From: an uncultured delta proteobacterium
GTDB taxonomy: Bacteria; Desulfobacterota; Desulfobacteria; Desulfobacterales; UBA2156
Assembly (NCBI GenBank): GCA_963736855.1
Contig: CAVTQK010000006.1
Location: 32,001 to 96,000 of the forward strand
Direction of reading: 5' to 3'
DNA: 64,000 nt
The notes below the pieces were generated by a model. The model worked only from the letters and a program-made list of their open reading frames with translations, did not search any database and was not told where the DNA came from. Of this stretch, positions 8,854-19,853 are shown piece by piece (the stretch's first letter is position 1; each line of letters starts with the position of its first letter). The translations under genes were made by a program, and so were the position numbers.

Positions 8854-9978
8854 TTATGGTTTATAACCCAGAAAATTCTGAACTTCCTTGAGGAAGTTGG
8901 CGGGTTTGTAAGTATCTCCAGGATAGATTTTATTGATTTCTTCGGTATACTTGGCGTGTACGCTATCGCCAAGCTTCCGCATGGCGGCGATGTCATTATC
9001 GGGAAGCGAGATGAAGGTGACACCGGCAGCCTTGGCCTTGGCGATCTCTTCTGCTTCCTGGGCTTTGGACTGTTTATTGATATCGGCGCACACCTCTTTT
9101 ATGGTATCGACAAAGGTCTTCTGGAGATCCGCCGGGAGGGTTGCAAACCATGCCTTGTTGAAGACCCAAATAAAGAGCCCCTGGGCATAGTTTACATAGG
9201 TGTAGAATTTGGCGTCTTCAAACTTCTTGGTGATATTGCATACCATGGGGGTATGATCCAGACCGTCGATCTGTCCCTGTTTGAGGGCCATAGGAACGTC
9301 CGGCCAGGGCATGACCACCGGCTTGATCCCCCAGGCATTGTAAATCAAGTTATTGACCTCGGCTTCGGCGATCCGGAACTTGACCTTCTTGGCATCTTCC
9401 AGGCTTTTGACCGGAGTCTTGGACGCCCAGCCATAGGAGCCGTAGCCGGTGATGCCGAGCCCCATGATTCCCTGGTGGTCCATGGCCATCATGTAATGGT
9501 CAAAGAGTTGCTTATTGGATATGAACTTGTCGAGCTTTTCAAAAGAATCCACCAAAAACGGAAGGTTGACGAGGCCAAAACGCGGACCTAAAATCGTCGA
9601 GGCGACGGAACTGACCCCCATCCCCTGGATGGATCCCATCTGGAGTTGGTTGAGGACCTCTCTTTCACCTCCCAGCATGGAGAAGGGCTTATACTCGAAA
9701 TAGATCTGGCCCTTGGTCCGTTTCCAGAGCTCGTCCCGGATGGCAAACCCGGCGTAGACACCCTTGATGGCCGGAGAAGACACGTTGGAAACGATCATCT
9801 TGTACTTGGCGCCGGAGGGATCAAACGCCGGCTTCCACGCATCCAGGGGAGATTTCTGTGGCTGCTGCTGGGCAGGCTGCTGCTGGGCAGGCTGCTGCTG
9901 GGCAATCGCAGATCCCGCTATGAACCCCACCACAAATGTTAAAACTACCAAAACAATACCCACTTTTTTCATCGCCAT
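8854..9978 (-). CDS. dctP: TRAP transporter substrate-binding protein
   Basis: Signal peptide, LGGEREVLNQLQMG, LPFL, KFRIAE (conserved Arg), ALKQGQIDG. Confidence 0.92.
   Translation of the reverse strand: MAMKKVGIVLVVLTFVVGFIAGSAIAQQQPAQQQPAQQQPQKSPLDAWKPAFDPSGAKYKMIVSNVSSPAIKGVYAGFAIRDELWKRTKGQIYFEYKPFSMLGGEREVLNQLQMGSIQGMGVSSVASTILGPRFGLVNLPFLVDSFEKLDKFISNKQLFDHYMMAMDHQGIMGLGITGYGSYGWASKTPVKSLEDAKKVKFRIAEAEVNNLIYNAWGIKPVVMPWPDVPMALKQGQIDGLDHTPMVCNITKKFEDAKFYTYVNYAQGLFIWVFNKAWFATLPADLQKTFVDTIKEVCADINKQSKAQEAEEIAKAKAAGVTFISLPDNDIAAMRKLGDSVHAKYTEEINKIYPGDTYKPANFLKEVQNFLGYKP
9860..9904. repeat. 3 x 15-bp perfect tandem repeat within dctP (AQQQP)
   Basis: GGCTGCTGCTGGGCA x3. Confidence 0.9.
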
Positions 9979-10183
9979 CTTGACCTCCTTTTAAATACGT
10001 TTACTGCCAATCCTCCGATCCGAAATGGTAGCTACGATCTAGCTCATCTTAATTTTATAAGTCAAGCCTCTTCTATTTTCAAGAAAAAAATGCCGATATG
10101 AATGTAAAGACCCCCGAGCCTTTCCGATTTTTTGGGGACAAAGATACCGAGACCGGTCTAAAAACTTCAGAAGCTACTTTTGA

Positions 10184-10963
10184 TCATAGGTTCTTATCAG
10201 AGCCGGTCCAATATCCCTCGGGGTCAAAGCGTCGAATCATGGCCAATTCTGCCTGCGTTGGGGCCGGTGTCTGCGAAAGATCCGGTGCGATCTTTAAGGG
10301 CCATCCGGTATGGAATCGTACCGTCTCCACGGAAACGCCGGGATGGACGGAAACAAGAACCATCTCGCAAGTCATCGGATCGAACCTAAGGACACCCAGG
10401 GTGGTGATGACGGCACGAGGCCCTCCCCGAGGAAGTCCAACGCGCTCCCTCCATCCTGAGCCGTCCCCGTATCCCGGAGAAGTAATATAATCCACTTTTT
10501 CTTTGAACCGGCGCTTTTCATGGGTCATGACGATGATGTGACGTTTGGCCAGGCAGGCCAGGTCACAGGCGCCTCCGCTTCCCGGAAGGCGCGTGCGGGG
10601 GAACTGGAAACCGCCGATGTAGCTGGTGTTTAAATTTCCGAACCGGTCCACCTGGGCGCCTCCGATGAAGCTGACATCCACCAGACCCTTTTGAAGCAGG
10701 CTCATTATATCGATCGTGTCGGCAAGCCAGCAGGCCCCTGTGAGGTTGGGGAGGTCCCCCATCGTCAGAATCGGTTCCGGAGAAAGGGTGTCCCGAACGA
10801 CGCCCAGTTCATAGACACCTATGGCATGGGGAGCATGAGTGCTTCCGGCCAAAAGAAATCCTAAAAGCGGAAGCCGCATGCCGACGAAGACCACTTCATG
10901 GTCGGCAATCTCCCGGGCCGCCGCGGCCACCATCAATTGGGGCAGAGAATAATTTTCGGTCAT
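10184..10963 (-). CDS. family I CoA-transferase beta subunit (glutaconate CoA-transferase B-like)
   Basis: VFVGMRLP, VYELG (catalytic Glu position), GGAQVDRFGNLN, LPGSGGA, VDYITSPG. Confidence 0.85.
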   Translation of the reverse strand: MTENYSLPQLMVAAAAREIADHEVVFVGMRLPLLGFLLAGSTHAPHAIGVYELGVVRDTLSPEPILTMGDLPNLTGACWLADTIDIMSLLQKGLVDVSFIGGAQVDRFGNLNTSYIGGFQFPRTRLPGSGGACDLACLAKRHIIVMTHEKRRFKEKVDYITSPGYGDGSGWRERVGLPRGGPRAVITTLGVLRFDPMTCEMVLVSVHPGVSVETVRFHTGWPLKIAPDLSQTPAPTQAELAMIRRFDPEGYWTGSDKNL

Positions 10964-10979
10964 TTCCTTCGCGTCTTCT

Positions 10980-11891
10980 TCAATACCCGTAATCCACCGG
11001 AACGGAGGGAAGATGATGCTTGAGGGCCAAGGCTTTCATGCGCTCTTTTCCGAGAAGCTCGGGGTAAGTCCGGCCGTCCCGAAGAGGATCCACCCACGTT
11101 TTTTTCCACTCCTCATAGCCCTCCACGGTCCGGCTTCGGTTACGGTAATCGATGAAGGCCTGATGATCCCGGTTGTAATGCCCCGGAACCGGAGAAGGAT
11201 GGGCACCCCAGGGAACATGGACTACCGCGGAAACACGAAAACCCGGGACTACGACTCGGTTAGGATCGCCGGTGATCACTTTTGAATCCACGATCTCCTC
11301 GGCCGTAAGGATTACATTGCGGCTGGCCAGGCAGGCTTCCTTGGTGACACCCAGATTTCCCCATATATGGCCGTTTCCAAAGACATCGGCCCGCTGGACA
11401 TGCACGACGGCCACATCCGGACATATGGCGGCGATGGCCGTCAGCCTCCCGCCGGTGAAGGGACAGGTCATGGGCTTCAGTCCGGGATTAGTCCGGAACA
11501 GATCGCTTCCTAAAGCCGTCCGCGCAGGCATGAAGGGAACACCCATGGCTCCGGCCTTGAGCGCCATGGCCAGAGTCAGATTGGAATGATCTTCCATTTC
11601 CAGGATCCCGCTTTCCACGGCCCGTCGAAAATTATATGCCGATCCGGTAATGACGTTTCCCACCCAGGCCGCCCGAATCTTTGCTACGCATCCGGCGCCC
11701 ACCAGCTGATCGAAAAGGATGTCGGATATGGGGCCGATGAGCGTAAGATTTTTCTTTTTCTGGCGGATCATTTCATGGCCGGCCGCAAAGGGGATGAGCG
11801 CTTCCAGCGCACAACCCATGACAACAGAAGCACCGTCGGGAACCAGTCGGGATACGGCTTCTGAGAGACTGTCCAGTTTTGAAGATTTCAT
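10980..11891 (-). CDS. family I CoA-transferase alpha subunit (glutaconate CoA-transferase A-like)
   Basis: IPFAAGHEMIRQ, AGAMGVPF, PDVAVVHVQRAD..GN, WGAHPS. Confidence 0.85.
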   Translation of the reverse strand: MKSSKLDSLSEAVSRLVPDGASVVMGCALEALIPFAAGHEMIRQKKKNLTLIGPISDILFDQLVGAGCVAKIRAAWVGNVITGSAYNFRRAVESGILEMEDHSNLTLAMALKAGAMGVPFMPARTALGSDLFRTNPGLKPMTCPFTGGRLTAIAAICPDVAVVHVQRADVFGNGHIWGNLGVTKEACLASRNVILTAEEIVDSKVITGDPNRVVVPGFRVSAVVHVPWGAHPSPVPGHYNRDHQAFIDYRNRSRTVEGYEEWKKTWVDPLRDGRTYPELLGKERMKALALKHHLPSVPVDYGY

Positions 11892-12901
11892 GATTCGGTT
11901 TCGGCCTTCGGGAAGGCGTCATCCAAAATGGCCAAAAGAGTCGATGCATCCATGTTGCCACCACTGAGGATTACGCCCACGCGCCCCTGAGGAAGGATCT
12001 TTGTGCTGAGCAGGGCGGCCACGCCCAGTGCACCTGAAGGCTCTACGACCAGTTTCATCCGGAAAAACAGAAAGCGGACCGCTTCCACGATGGCCGCTTC
12101 TGAGACCGTGACCATGTCATCCACGTACCGGCACACAAGGGGAAAGGTAATCCGGCCCAGAGACGGTGTTCTCGTACCATCGGCGATGGTGGGTGGGTTT
12201 TTGACGGTTTGAAGCTTTCCGGTGTGAAAGGAACGGGTGGCATCATCCGCCAGCTCCGGTTCCACGCCTATGATCCGACAGGAGGGATCCATTTTTTTTG
12301 CAGCGATGGCCGATCCGCTCAACAGTCCGCCGCCGCCGCAGGGAACCAGCAGCCAGTCCAGGTGTTCCAGTGCGGTAAAAATTTCCATCGCCGAAGTACC
12401 CTGCCCGCAGATGACATCGGGGTGATCATAGGGAGGGATCAGGATATATCCATGTTTTTCCTGGAGCGATGCCGCCAACGCTCCCCGATCCGCCTTCCGG
12501 GGATTGTATTCCACCACAGAGGCACCATAGCCGGCCGTGGCTTCCCGTTTGATTTTTGGGGCGTCATAAGGCATCACCACCGTGGTCTTGATACCCAAAA
12601 GCGCACCCGTCAGGGCAACGGCCTGGGCGTGATTCCCCGAAGAATAGGTGATGACCCCTTTTTTTCGCTGAGGCGCCGTCAGCCGGCTCATGGCATTGAA
12701 AGCGCCGCGAAACTTAAAGGCCCCGGCGCGCTGGAAGTTTTCACACTTGAGGTACACCGATGCGCCGATGGTACGGTCCAACATACGGGAAGTCAGGACC
12801 GGGGTGACATTGGCCTGGCCGGAGAGACGTTTTTCAGCCGAAAGCACCTCTTTAAACCATCGGGATAAAGACCATGTCATATATGAGTTTGTATGGGGCA
12901 T
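11888..12901 (-). CDS. PLP-dependent Ser/Thr dehydratase family (threo-3-hydroxyaspartate ammonia-lyase/serine racemase-like); start uncertain
   Basis: KCENFQRAGAFKFRGA (PLP Lys), SSGNHAQ, PCGGGGL, VEPSGA, LSGGN; no ACT domain. Confidence 0.88.
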   Translation of the reverse strand: MPHTNSYMTWSLSRWFKEVLSAEKRLSGQANVTPVLTSRMLDRTIGASVYLKCENFQRAGAFKFRGAFNAMSRLTAPQRKKGVITYSSGNHAQAVALTGALLGIKTTVVMPYDAPKIKREATAGYGASVVEYNPRKADRGALAASLQEKHGYILIPPYDHPDVICGQGTSAMEIFTALEHLDWLLVPCGGGGLLSGSAIAAKKMDPSCRIIGVEPELADDATRSFHTGKLQTVKNPPTIADGTRTPSLGRITFPLVCRYVDDMVTVSEAAIVEAVRFLFFRMKLVVEPSGALGVAALLSTKILPQGRVGVILSGGNMDASTLLAILDDAFPKAETES

Positions 12902-12965
12902 GGGATGCGAACGTCAGCTGATGAACGATAACCTCAATCTCTCCGATTAGGCAAGCCTTTTCATG

Positions 12966-13003
12966 AAAAACGCCCGCAACCGAAACCGGCTGCGGGCGTT
13001 TTT
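12966..13003. terminator. intrinsic terminator ending the alpha operon (bidirectional)
   Basis: AAAAACGCCCGCA...TGCGGGCGTTTTT downstream of rplQ. Confidence 0.85.
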
Positions 13004-13052
13004 GAACTCTTACGATTTCATCAAAAGCTTAGAAATCGCCGACCGTGGCCCT

Positions 13053-13607
13053 CTACACCTTCGGGGTTTCCGGCTGCGGTGCAGCTTCCGGTAAAGTTAA
13101 TTCTGAAGTCGGTTTCTCCACGGGCTTTTCCCCTTTTGCTTTCGGCGCCTTTACCGCTTTCTTCGCACCGCCCGATTTCTTTGCTCCTTCTTTTTTCTTT
13201 TTGTGAGAGGTCTTGGCGGCTTTCTTTTTCTCCTTTTTCTTTTCTTCCGAAACGGGAACGATCAATTCCACCAGAGAAATGGGAGCCGCATCTCCAGGAC
13301 GCCTCCCCAGCTTGACGATTCGGGTATAACCGCCTGTAGGGTTTGCAAAGCGTTCCTTAGCCTTTTCGAAAAGCTTATGAACGACATCCTTTTCACGGAC
13401 AACCGCCAGCACCTGCCGTTGGGCGTGCAGGTCTCCGCGTTTGGCAAGGGTAATCAAGCGATCGGCCCACCGTTTGACTTCCTTTGCCTTGACGTCCGTG
13501 GTGCGAATACGGTCATATTTAAAAAGAGATGTGACCATGTTTCGAAACATGGCGCTTCTGTGGCTAGCGGTCCGACTCAGTTTCAATCCGGCTTTATGGT
13601 GTCGCAT
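13053..13607 (-). CDS. rplQ: 50S ribosomal protein L17 with Lys-rich C-terminal extension
   Basis: MRHHK...[16 protein letters not shown]. Confidence 0.97.
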   Translation of the reverse strand: MRHHKAGLKLSRTASHRSAMFRNMVTSLFKYDRIRTTDVKAKEVKRWADRLITLAKRGDLHAQRQVLAVVREKDVVHKLFEKAKERFANPTGGYTRIVKLGRRPGDAAPISLVELIVPVSEEKKKEKKKAAKTSHKKKKEGAKKSGGAKKAVKAPKAKGEKPVEKPTSELTLPEAAPQPETPKV

Positions 13608-13615
13608 ACGGTTGT

Positions 13616-14635
13616 TTACTCCCTCTTGTCCGGCCCTTCCGGGGGGGGCATAAAGCCATCCAGCTTCATTCCCAGGGAAAGGCCCATCTCGGACAGAACT
13701 TCCTTGATCTCATTTAAAGATTTCCGGCCGAAGTTCTTGGTTTTGAGCATCTCCTGTTCGGTTTTTTGAACCAGCTGATATAGCCGATGAATATCCGCGT
13801 TTTTCAGACAGTTGGCGCTGCGAACGGAGAGTTCCAGTTCTTCAACGCTTCGATACAGATTTTCGTTGAAGGTGGGCTTTTCAGAATCCTTGGATAGCTT
13901 GAATGAGTCCGATTCGGTCTTCTCGTCGAAGTGGATGAACAGCGTCATCTGTTCCTTCATGATTTTGGCGGCGTAGGCCACTGCATCCTCCGGTGTGATG
14001 CTGCCGTCGGTCCAAACCTCCAGGGTCAATTTATCGTAATCCGTTTTTTGTCCCACTCGAGCATTCGTCACCACGGAGTTCACCCGCCTGATGGGCGAAA
14101 AGACGGAATCGACGGGAATGGTTCCCACCGGAGCGTTTTCATCCCGGTTTGCCTCCGCCAGGGAGTATCCCTTCCCTACTTTGACGGTAATTTCCATTTT
14201 CAACGCACTATTGCCGGAAAGGGTGGCGATGTGCTGGTCCAAATTGAGGACTTCGCACCGACCATCATCACTGATGATATCCGCTGCGGTCACTTTCCGT
14301 TCCCCCTGAGCATCGATCCGAACCTTTTTCGGTTGCGTATCGGATACTTTGAATCGGACCTCCTTAATGTTCAGGATGATCTCCGTCACATCCTCCAAAA
14401 CACCCGGGATTACGCTGAACTCGTGCATGACCTCATCGAATTTGACTGCCACCGCAGCCGCACCATACAGGGATGACAGAATGATCCTGCGTAACGCATT
14501 TCCGATGGTAATACCGAAACCCCTTTCCAAGGGTTCACACACTAATTTGCCGTAGGTCGGTTTGCTCGCGACCTGAATCTTGTCAGGTTTGATCATTTCC
14601 TGCCAATTGATATACATCAATTTGTCTGATGCCAT
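13616..14635 (-). CDS. rpoA: RNA polymerase alpha subunit (start 14635 or 14617)
   Basis: [35 protein letters not shown]. Confidence 0.98.
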   Translation of the reverse strand: MASDKLMYINWQEMIKPDKIQVASKPTYGKLVCEPLERGFGITIGNALRRIILSSLYGAAAVAVKFDEVMHEFSVIPGVLEDVTEIILNIKEVRFKVSDTQPKKVRIDAQGERKVTAADIISDDGRCEVLNLDQHIATLSGNSALKMEITVKVGKGYSLAEANRDENAPVGTIPVDSVFSPIRRVNSVVTNARVGQKTDYDKLTLEVWTDGSITPEDAVAYAAKIMKEQMTLFIHFDEKTESDSFKLSKDSEKPTFNENLYRSVEELELSVRSANCLKNADIHRLYQLVQKTEQEMLKTKNFGRKSLNEIKEVLSEMGLSLGMKLDGFMPPPEGPDKRE

Positions 14636-14715
14636 TTTTGCCTTTCCAATGCGCTTGCCTTCGATGAAGCCTGTCCAGATCTCTCCACCGACCAAGAAAT
14701 AGAATAGGGTTGCGG

Positions 14716-15345
14716 TTATTTGGAATAAAGCTCCACGATGAGCTGTTCCTGGATCGGCATGGTCAGGTCCTCTCGAACGGGATATGCCTTCACGGTTCCC
14801 TTCATCGTCCCCTTGTCTAATTCAAGCCACTGGGGGATGCCTCTTCGAACCACCGCTTCCATGGAATCGCTGATGGCTTGAACGGCCCGGCTTTTCTCTT
14901 TGACTTCCACCACGTCCCCCACTTTGATCAGATACGACGGGATGTTCACTTTTTTTCCGTTTACAATAAAATGATTGTGCAGGACTAAATGACGTCCCTG
15001 AGCACGGGAATTGACAAAGCCCATCCGATACACCACATTGTCGAGCCGTCTTTCCAGCAAAACCAAGAGGTTGGTTCCGGTGATCCCTTTTTCCCGATCG
15101 GCCCTTCCAAAAGTGAGCCGGAACTGCTTTTCGGACAGACTATACATCCGCTTGACCTTCTGCTTTTCTCTGAGCTGGACGCCGAAGTCCGATGCTTTCC
15201 TTCCCCGTCGTTGGCCATGCTGACCTGGCGGATATGCTCTCCGGTCGAAGGCGCATTTGTCGGAATAACATCGATCTCCCTTTAGAAATAATTTTAGATT
15301 CTCTCTGCGGCATAGCCTGCAAACCGAACCGGTGTATCTAGCCAA
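14716..15345 (-). CDS. rpsD: 30S ribosomal protein S4 (Zn-binding type)
   Basis: CRLCRRE...KGDRC...KC, LERRLDN; TTG start. Confidence 0.98.
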   Translation of the reverse strand: MARYTGSVCRLCRRENLKLFLKGDRCYSDKCAFDRRAYPPGQHGQRRGRKASDFGVQLREKQKVKRMYSLSEKQFRLTFGRADREKGITGTNLLVLLERRLDNVVYRMGFVNSRAQGRHLVLHNHFIVNGKKVNIPSYLIKVGDVVEVKEKSRAVQAISDSMEAVVRRGIPQWLELDKGTMKGTVKAYPVREDLTMPIQEQLIVELYSK

Positions 15346-15407
15346 CTTCTCCTCCTTGAAAACATTCTGTCATTGATGGATAGACAATCCTCCTTTGCGC
15401 CAGAACA

Positions 15408-15794
15408 TCACACCCTTCGCCTTTTGGGAGGGCGGCATCCGTTGTGCGGAATGGGCGTCACATCTTTGATCATCATCACATTGAATCCGGCCGCCTGGAG
15501 TGACCGGAGAGCGGATTCCCTCCCCGAGCCCGGTCCTTTGACATACACTTCGACATTTCTCATACCAAACTCGATGGCTTTTTTCACGGCGGCTTCTGCC
15601 GCCATCTGGGCGGCAAATGGGGTGCTCTTCCGGGACCCCTTGAACCCCTGCCCCCCCGAACTGGACCAGGCAATGACGTTTCCTGCCGGATCTGTAATAG
15701 AGATAATGGTATTGTTGAACGTCGATTGAATGTGAACCACCCCGGTGGGGATGCTCTTTTTTTCCTTCTTTTTGGTATGAACTCTTTTTGCCAT
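15408..15794 (-). CDS. rpsK: 30S ribosomal protein S11
   Basis: [24 protein letters not shown]. Confidence 0.98.
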   Translation of the reverse strand: MAKRVHTKKKEKKSIPTGVVHIQSTFNNTIISITDPAGNVIAWSSSGGQGFKGSRKSTPFAAQMAAEAAVKKAIEFGMRNVEVYVKGPGSGRESALRSLQAAGFNVMMIKDVTPIPHNGCRPPKRRRV

Positions 15795-15839
15795 GGATTC
15801 TATCCTTGCGTTGCGACGATGAAAGGTCGATGGAACCGG

Positions 15840-16226
15840 TTATTTCTTCTTTGTTGCCGCGCCTTTTTTCTTCACTGCCGTCCTTCTTGGCCCCTTACGC
15901 GTTCGGGCGTTCGTCTTAGTGCGCTGTCCGTTGACCGGTAGCGATTTTCGATGACGCAGCCCCCGATAACATCCAAGATCCATCAATCGTTTGATGTTCA
16001 TGGAGACTTCGCTGCGGAGCTCCCCTTCTACCTTGAAGCTACCATCGATCATCTTGCGTATGTTGCTGATTTCGGATTCCGAAATCTGATCGGTCTTGGT
16101 GTCAAAATCGATGTTGAGCTCCGAAAGAATTTGTCTTGCGGTACTCCTGCCGATTCCGAAGATATAGGTCAGCCCGATCTCAATCCGTTTGTTTTTCGGC
16201 AAATCGACGCCAGCAATTCGTGCCAA
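15840..16226 (-). CDS. rpsM: 30S ribosomal protein S13
   Basis: [23 protein letters not shown] start. Confidence 0.98.
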   Translation of the reverse strand: MARIAGVDLPKNKRIEIGLTYIFGIGRSTARQILSELNIDFDTKTDQISESEISNIRKMIDGSFKVEGELRSEVSMNIKRLMDLGCYRGLRHRKSLPVNGQRTKTNARTRKGPRRTAVKKKGAATKKK

Positions 16227-16241
16227 AGTTTTTCCTCCCCT

Positions 16242-16355
16242 TTATCCCTGTCTCTGTTTGTGCCGCTTGTTTTCGCAAATCACCCTCACGACACCTTTCC
16301 TGCGAACGATTTTACACTTGCTGCATATTTTCTTTATGGATGGCCTGACTTTCAT
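16242..16355 (-). CDS. rpmJ: 50S ribosomal protein L36 (Zn-binding)
   Basis: [37 protein letters not shown], 37 aa, below the ORF-track cutoff. Confidence 0.97.
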   Translation of the reverse strand: MKVRPSIKKICSKCKIVRRKGVVRVICENKRHKQRQG

Positions 16356-16388
16356 GTTTTTCACTCTTCCTTATTGACAGTCCACAAG

Positions 16389-16607
16389 CTACTTGGCCCG
16401 GAAGGTAATTCTTCCCCGGGTGAGATCGTATGGGGACAGCTCTACCGTCACCTCGTCGCCGGGAAGAATTTTGATGAAATGCATGCGCATTTTCCCGGAA
16501 ATATGTGCCAACACCCGGTGCTTATTTTCAAGCTCGACCCGGAACATGGCGTTGGGCAAAGTCTCCACGACGATGCCTTTCACCTCGATGGGCTCATCCT
16601 TTGCCAT
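16389..16607 (-). CDS. infA: translation initiation factor IF-1
   Basis: [25 protein letters not shown]. Confidence 0.98.
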   Translation of the reverse strand: MAKDEPIEVKGIVVETLPNAMFRVELENKHRVLAHISGKMRMHFIKILPGDEVTVELSPYDLTRGRITFRAK

Positions 16608-16610
16608 AGA

Positions 16611-17366
16611 TCAACTCCAGTCCGGTCGGCTCAATATGACCGGGCCGTTTTCCGTGATAGCGATGGTGTGTTCGAAATGGGCCGACAAAGCACCATCCTC
16701 TGTAACGGCCGTCCATCCGTCCTCCAGTATCTTCACCTCATATCCTTTTTCGTTTACCATCGGTTCAACAGCCAGGGTCATACCGGGTTTCAAACGAACC
16801 CCGGTTCCGGCTTTACCAAAATTGGGAATCTGGGGATCTTCGTGGAGTTTGCTCCCGATCCCATGCCCAACAAACTTACGGACCACCGAATAACCATGCG
16901 CCTCCACATGAGTCTGGACCGCATGGGAGATGTCCGACAGACGTCCATCCGGTACCGCCTTTTCGATTCCCTTGTATAGAGACTCCCGGGTGACATGCAT
17001 CAGCTTCATCGCCGGTGCCGAGATTTTTCCCACAGCCACTGTAATGGCCGCATCCCCGTAATATCCATCATACAGAATCCCAAAGTCCAGGCTCACGATA
17101 TCCCCCTCCTCCAGAGGGGTATTGTTAGGAAAACCATGCACCACGACATGGTTGACCGATGTGCAAAGCGAAAATGGATATCCGCGGTATCCCTTGAACG
17201 CCGGAACGGCCTGATGCTCACCGGCCAACCTTTCCGACAAATCGTTAAGCTGCATCGTCGTCACACCGGGCGCTACTTCGGACTCAAGGGTTTTGAGGAT
17301 TTCGGCGACGATCCGATTGCTGGCTGTGATCTTTTCTATCTCCTTCGGTGATTTGAGAATCACCAT
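16611..17366 (-). CDS. map: methionine aminopeptidase type I
   Basis: CTSVN..VVHG, GHGIG..LHEDP, EPM, SAHFEHT. Confidence 0.97.
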   Translation of the reverse strand: MVILKSPKEIEKITASNRIVAEILKTLESEVAPGVTTMQLNDLSERLAGEHQAVPAFKGYRGYPFSLCTSVNHVVVHGFPNNTPLEEGDIVSLDFGILYDGYYGDAAITVAVGKISAPAMKLMHVTRESLYKGIEKAVPDGRLSDISHAVQTHVEAHGYSVVRKFVGHGIGSKLHEDPQIPNFGKAGTGVRLKPGMTLAVEPMVNEKGYEVKILEDGWTAVTEDGALSAHFEHTIAITENGPVILSRPDWS

Positions 17367-17367
17367 A

Positions 17368-18681
17368 TCAATAACGTCCCTTGATAGCACCGCTCTTCTT
17401 CAAGAATCCTTCATAGTGGCGAGCCAACATATGCGACTCGATCTGTGCAATGGTATCCAGCGCCACCCCTACGACGATCAACAATGCCGTGCCCCCGAAG
17501 TAAAAGGGAACATTGAACTTCGTGATCAGGATGGACGGCAAAACACAAACGGCTGAAACATACGTAGCGCCACCCAGGGTAATTCGGGTCAGAACCCGAT
17601 CGATATACTCCGCCGTCCGCTTTCCGGGGCGGATGCCGGGGATAAATCCGCCGTGTTTTTTCATGTTCTCTGCGACATCCACCGGATTGAAGGTAACGGC
17701 CGTATAGAAATAGCAGAAAAAATAGACAAACCCCACAAATAAAAGTTCATAGATAATGCTTCCCGGCCGCATGGCGCTGGCGATGCTTTGCATCCACGGG
17801 ACCTTGATGAAACTGGCGATGGTGGCCGGAAACATGATGATGGATGATGCAAAAATAGGGGGGATTACGCCGGATGTATTAATCTTCAATGGAAGATGCG
17901 TACTTTGTCCGCCGTACATTCTACGCCCCACCACCCGTTTGGCGTACTGCACAGGGATGCGTCTCTGTCCTTGCTCCATAAAGACGATGGCGCCCACCAC
18001 GGCCACCATTAAAATGAGCAGGATCAAAACCAGAAAAATTCCCATTTCTCCAGTAGTCAAGAGCCGGAATGTGTTTCCCACCGCATCGGGCATTCTCGCG
18101 ACGATACCGGCAAAGATAATTAGGGAAATCCCATTTCCGATACCCCGTTCGGTGATCTGCTCTCCCAGCCACATAATGAACGCCGTTCCCGAGGTCAGGG
18201 TGATCACCGTCATCAGACGGAATCCCCACCCCGGGTGAATGACCACCGGAGCACCGCCGGGTGAACTCATGCTTTCCAAACCCACTGCGATACCGAATCC
18301 CTGAATGATGGAAAGGACTACGGTTCCGTAACGCGTGTATTGGGTGATCTTCTTCCTTCCCTGTTCCCCTTCCTTGGACAACCGTCCCAGGTGAGGGATC
18401 ACCACCGTAAGCAACTGAAAGATAATGGACGCGCTGATATACGGCATGATGCCCAGGGCAAAGACCGAAAGGCGCTCCAGGGCACCACCCGAGAACATGT
18501 CAAACAGGGCCAGCAGGGTTCCCTTGGCCCTCTCAAAAAAGGAAGCCAACGCCACCGCGTCGATTCCCGGAGTCGGTATATGCACCCCGATACGATAAAC
18601 GGAGAGCAAAGCCAGGCTGTATAGAAGCCTTTTTTTCAGCTCCGGGATCTTGAAGATATTTCCAAAACCGCTGCCCGCCAT
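17368..18681 (-). CDS. secY: preprotein translocase SecY
   Basis: [32 protein letters not shown]. Confidence 0.98.
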   Translation of the reverse strand: MAGSGFGNIFKIPELKKRLLYSLALLSVYRIGVHIPTPGIDAVALASFFERAKGTLLALFDMFSGGALERLSVFALGIMPYISASIIFQLLTVVIPHLGRLSKEGEQGRKKITQYTRYGTVVLSIIQGFGIAVGLESMSSPGGAPVVIHPGWGFRLMTVITLTSGTAFIMWLGEQITERGIGNGISLIIFAGIVARMPDAVGNTFRLLTTGEMGIFLVLILLILMVAVVGAIVFMEQGQRRIPVQYAKRVVGRRMYGGQSTHLPLKINTSGVIPPIFASSIIMFPATIASFIKVPWMQSIASAMRPGSIIYELLFVGFVYFFCYFYTAVTFNPVDVAENMKKHGGFIPGIRPGKRTAEYIDRVLTRITLGGATYVSAVCVLPSILITKFNVPFYFGGTALLIVVGVALDTIAQIESHMLARHYEGFLKKSGAIKGRY

Positions 18682-18684
18682 GGA

Positions 18685-19125
18685 TTAAGCCGTTTCCACC
18701 TTTCCGCCAGCCTGAAGAACCTTTTCGAGGGCGCTTTTACTGACCTTATGCACCCGAACGGTAAGGGGACGATCGAGAGTTCCTTGTCCGAGAAGCTTGA
18801 TGCCGTCATGCCTGCCTTGAACCAGACCCGCCCGAACCAGGACTGTTTGATCCACAACCTCACTCCCGTCGAACCGAGATAAATCCCTGATATTGACTAC
18901 GGAATATTGTTTTTTAAAGATATTCGTGAATCCCCGCTTGGGAAGACGCCTCTGGATCGGCATTTGCCCGCCTTCGAAACCGGGACGGACACCTCCTCCA
19001 CTGCGGGCGTTCTGTCCTTTCGCTCCTCTCCCCGAAGTCGTGCCTCGACCGGATCCGTTGCCCCGGCCTCTCCGTTTCTTGTCTTTATGTGTGCCGGGAG
19101 CCGGCGACAATTCATTTAGTTTCAT
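18685..19125 (-). CDS. rplO: 50S ribosomal protein L15
   Basis: GFEGGQMPIQRRLPKRGF. Confidence 0.98.
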   Translation of the reverse strand: MKLNELSPAPGTHKDKKRRGRGNGSGRGTTSGRGAKGQNARSGGGVRPGFEGGQMPIQRRLPKRGFTNIFKKQYSVVNIRDLSRFDGSEVVDQTVLVRAGLVQGRHDGIKLLGQGTLDRPLTVRVHKVSKSALEKVLQAGGKVETA

Positions 19126-19307
19126 ATCTTCTCCTTGGCCTCAACCAGGTGGGACACCTTGGCAATCATTCCGCGTATGGCAGGCGTATCCTGGAGTGTA
19201 ACGGTCTTTCCCCGCTTCCTAAGGCCCATGCCATAAAGCACTTTTCGATGCGCCTCGGGACGTCCGATCATGCTTTTTACCAGTGTGACTTCCAATTGTT
19301 TCGCCAT
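19122..19307 (-). CDS. rpmD: 50S ribosomal protein L30
   Basis: TLVKSMIG...GMIAKVSHLV; position in spc operon. Confidence 0.96.
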   Translation of the reverse strand: MAKQLEVTLVKSMIGRPEAHRKVLYGMGLRKRGKTVTLQDTPAIRGMIAKVSHLVEAKEKI

Positions 19308-19321
19308 GAAATCCTCTTGTT

Positions 19322-19816
19322 TTAAATATCTCCGGAGGCGAGGCTGCGCCGTCGGGCGATAGCCTCCCGACTCTGGAGCTTTTCAAGTCCGGCAATGGTG
19401 GCCTTCACCACATTATGAGGATTGTTCGATCCCAGGCATTTGGTCAGAACATTCTGAATCCCACATGCCTCCAGCACCGCCCTTACCGCTCCGCCGGCGA
19501 TCACACCCGTCCCTTCGGATGCGGGTTTTAAGAGCACCTTCCCAGCGCCGAATTTGCCGATCACCTCGTAGGGAATCGTTTGGTTGACCAGGGGAACCTG
19601 GACCATTGATTTTTTCGCCTTTTCCATCCCTTTACGGATGGCTTCAGGCACTTCTCCGGCCTTGCCTAAACCATAACCGACATTTCCTTCCCCATCCCCG
19701 ACGACAACGATGGCGCTGAAGCTGAATCGGCGCCCCCCTTTGACTACTTTTGCCACCCGGCTGATGTGGACGACTTTATCAATGAAATCCTTTTCCCCCA
19801 TGTTCTGCTTGAACAA
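19322..19816 (-). CDS. rpsE: 30S ribosomal protein S5
   Basis: [25 protein letters not shown] start. Confidence 0.98.
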   Translation of the reverse strand: MFKQNMGEKDFIDKVVHISRVAKVVKGGRRFSFSAIVVVGDGEGNVGYGLGKAGEVPEAIRKGMEKAKKSMVQVPLVNQTIPYEVIGKFGAGKVLLKPASEGTGVIAGGAVRAVLEACGIQNVLTKCLGSNNPHNVVKATIAGLEKLQSREAIARRRSLASGDI

Positions 19817-19853
19817 GAATCGCCTCCTTTATCTCTTTCGATTTCCCATGATG

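Noticed and set aside
15951..16979. 342-aa plus-strand ORF
   Set aside because: Antisense to rpsM, rpmJ, infA and map; a typical shadow ORF.
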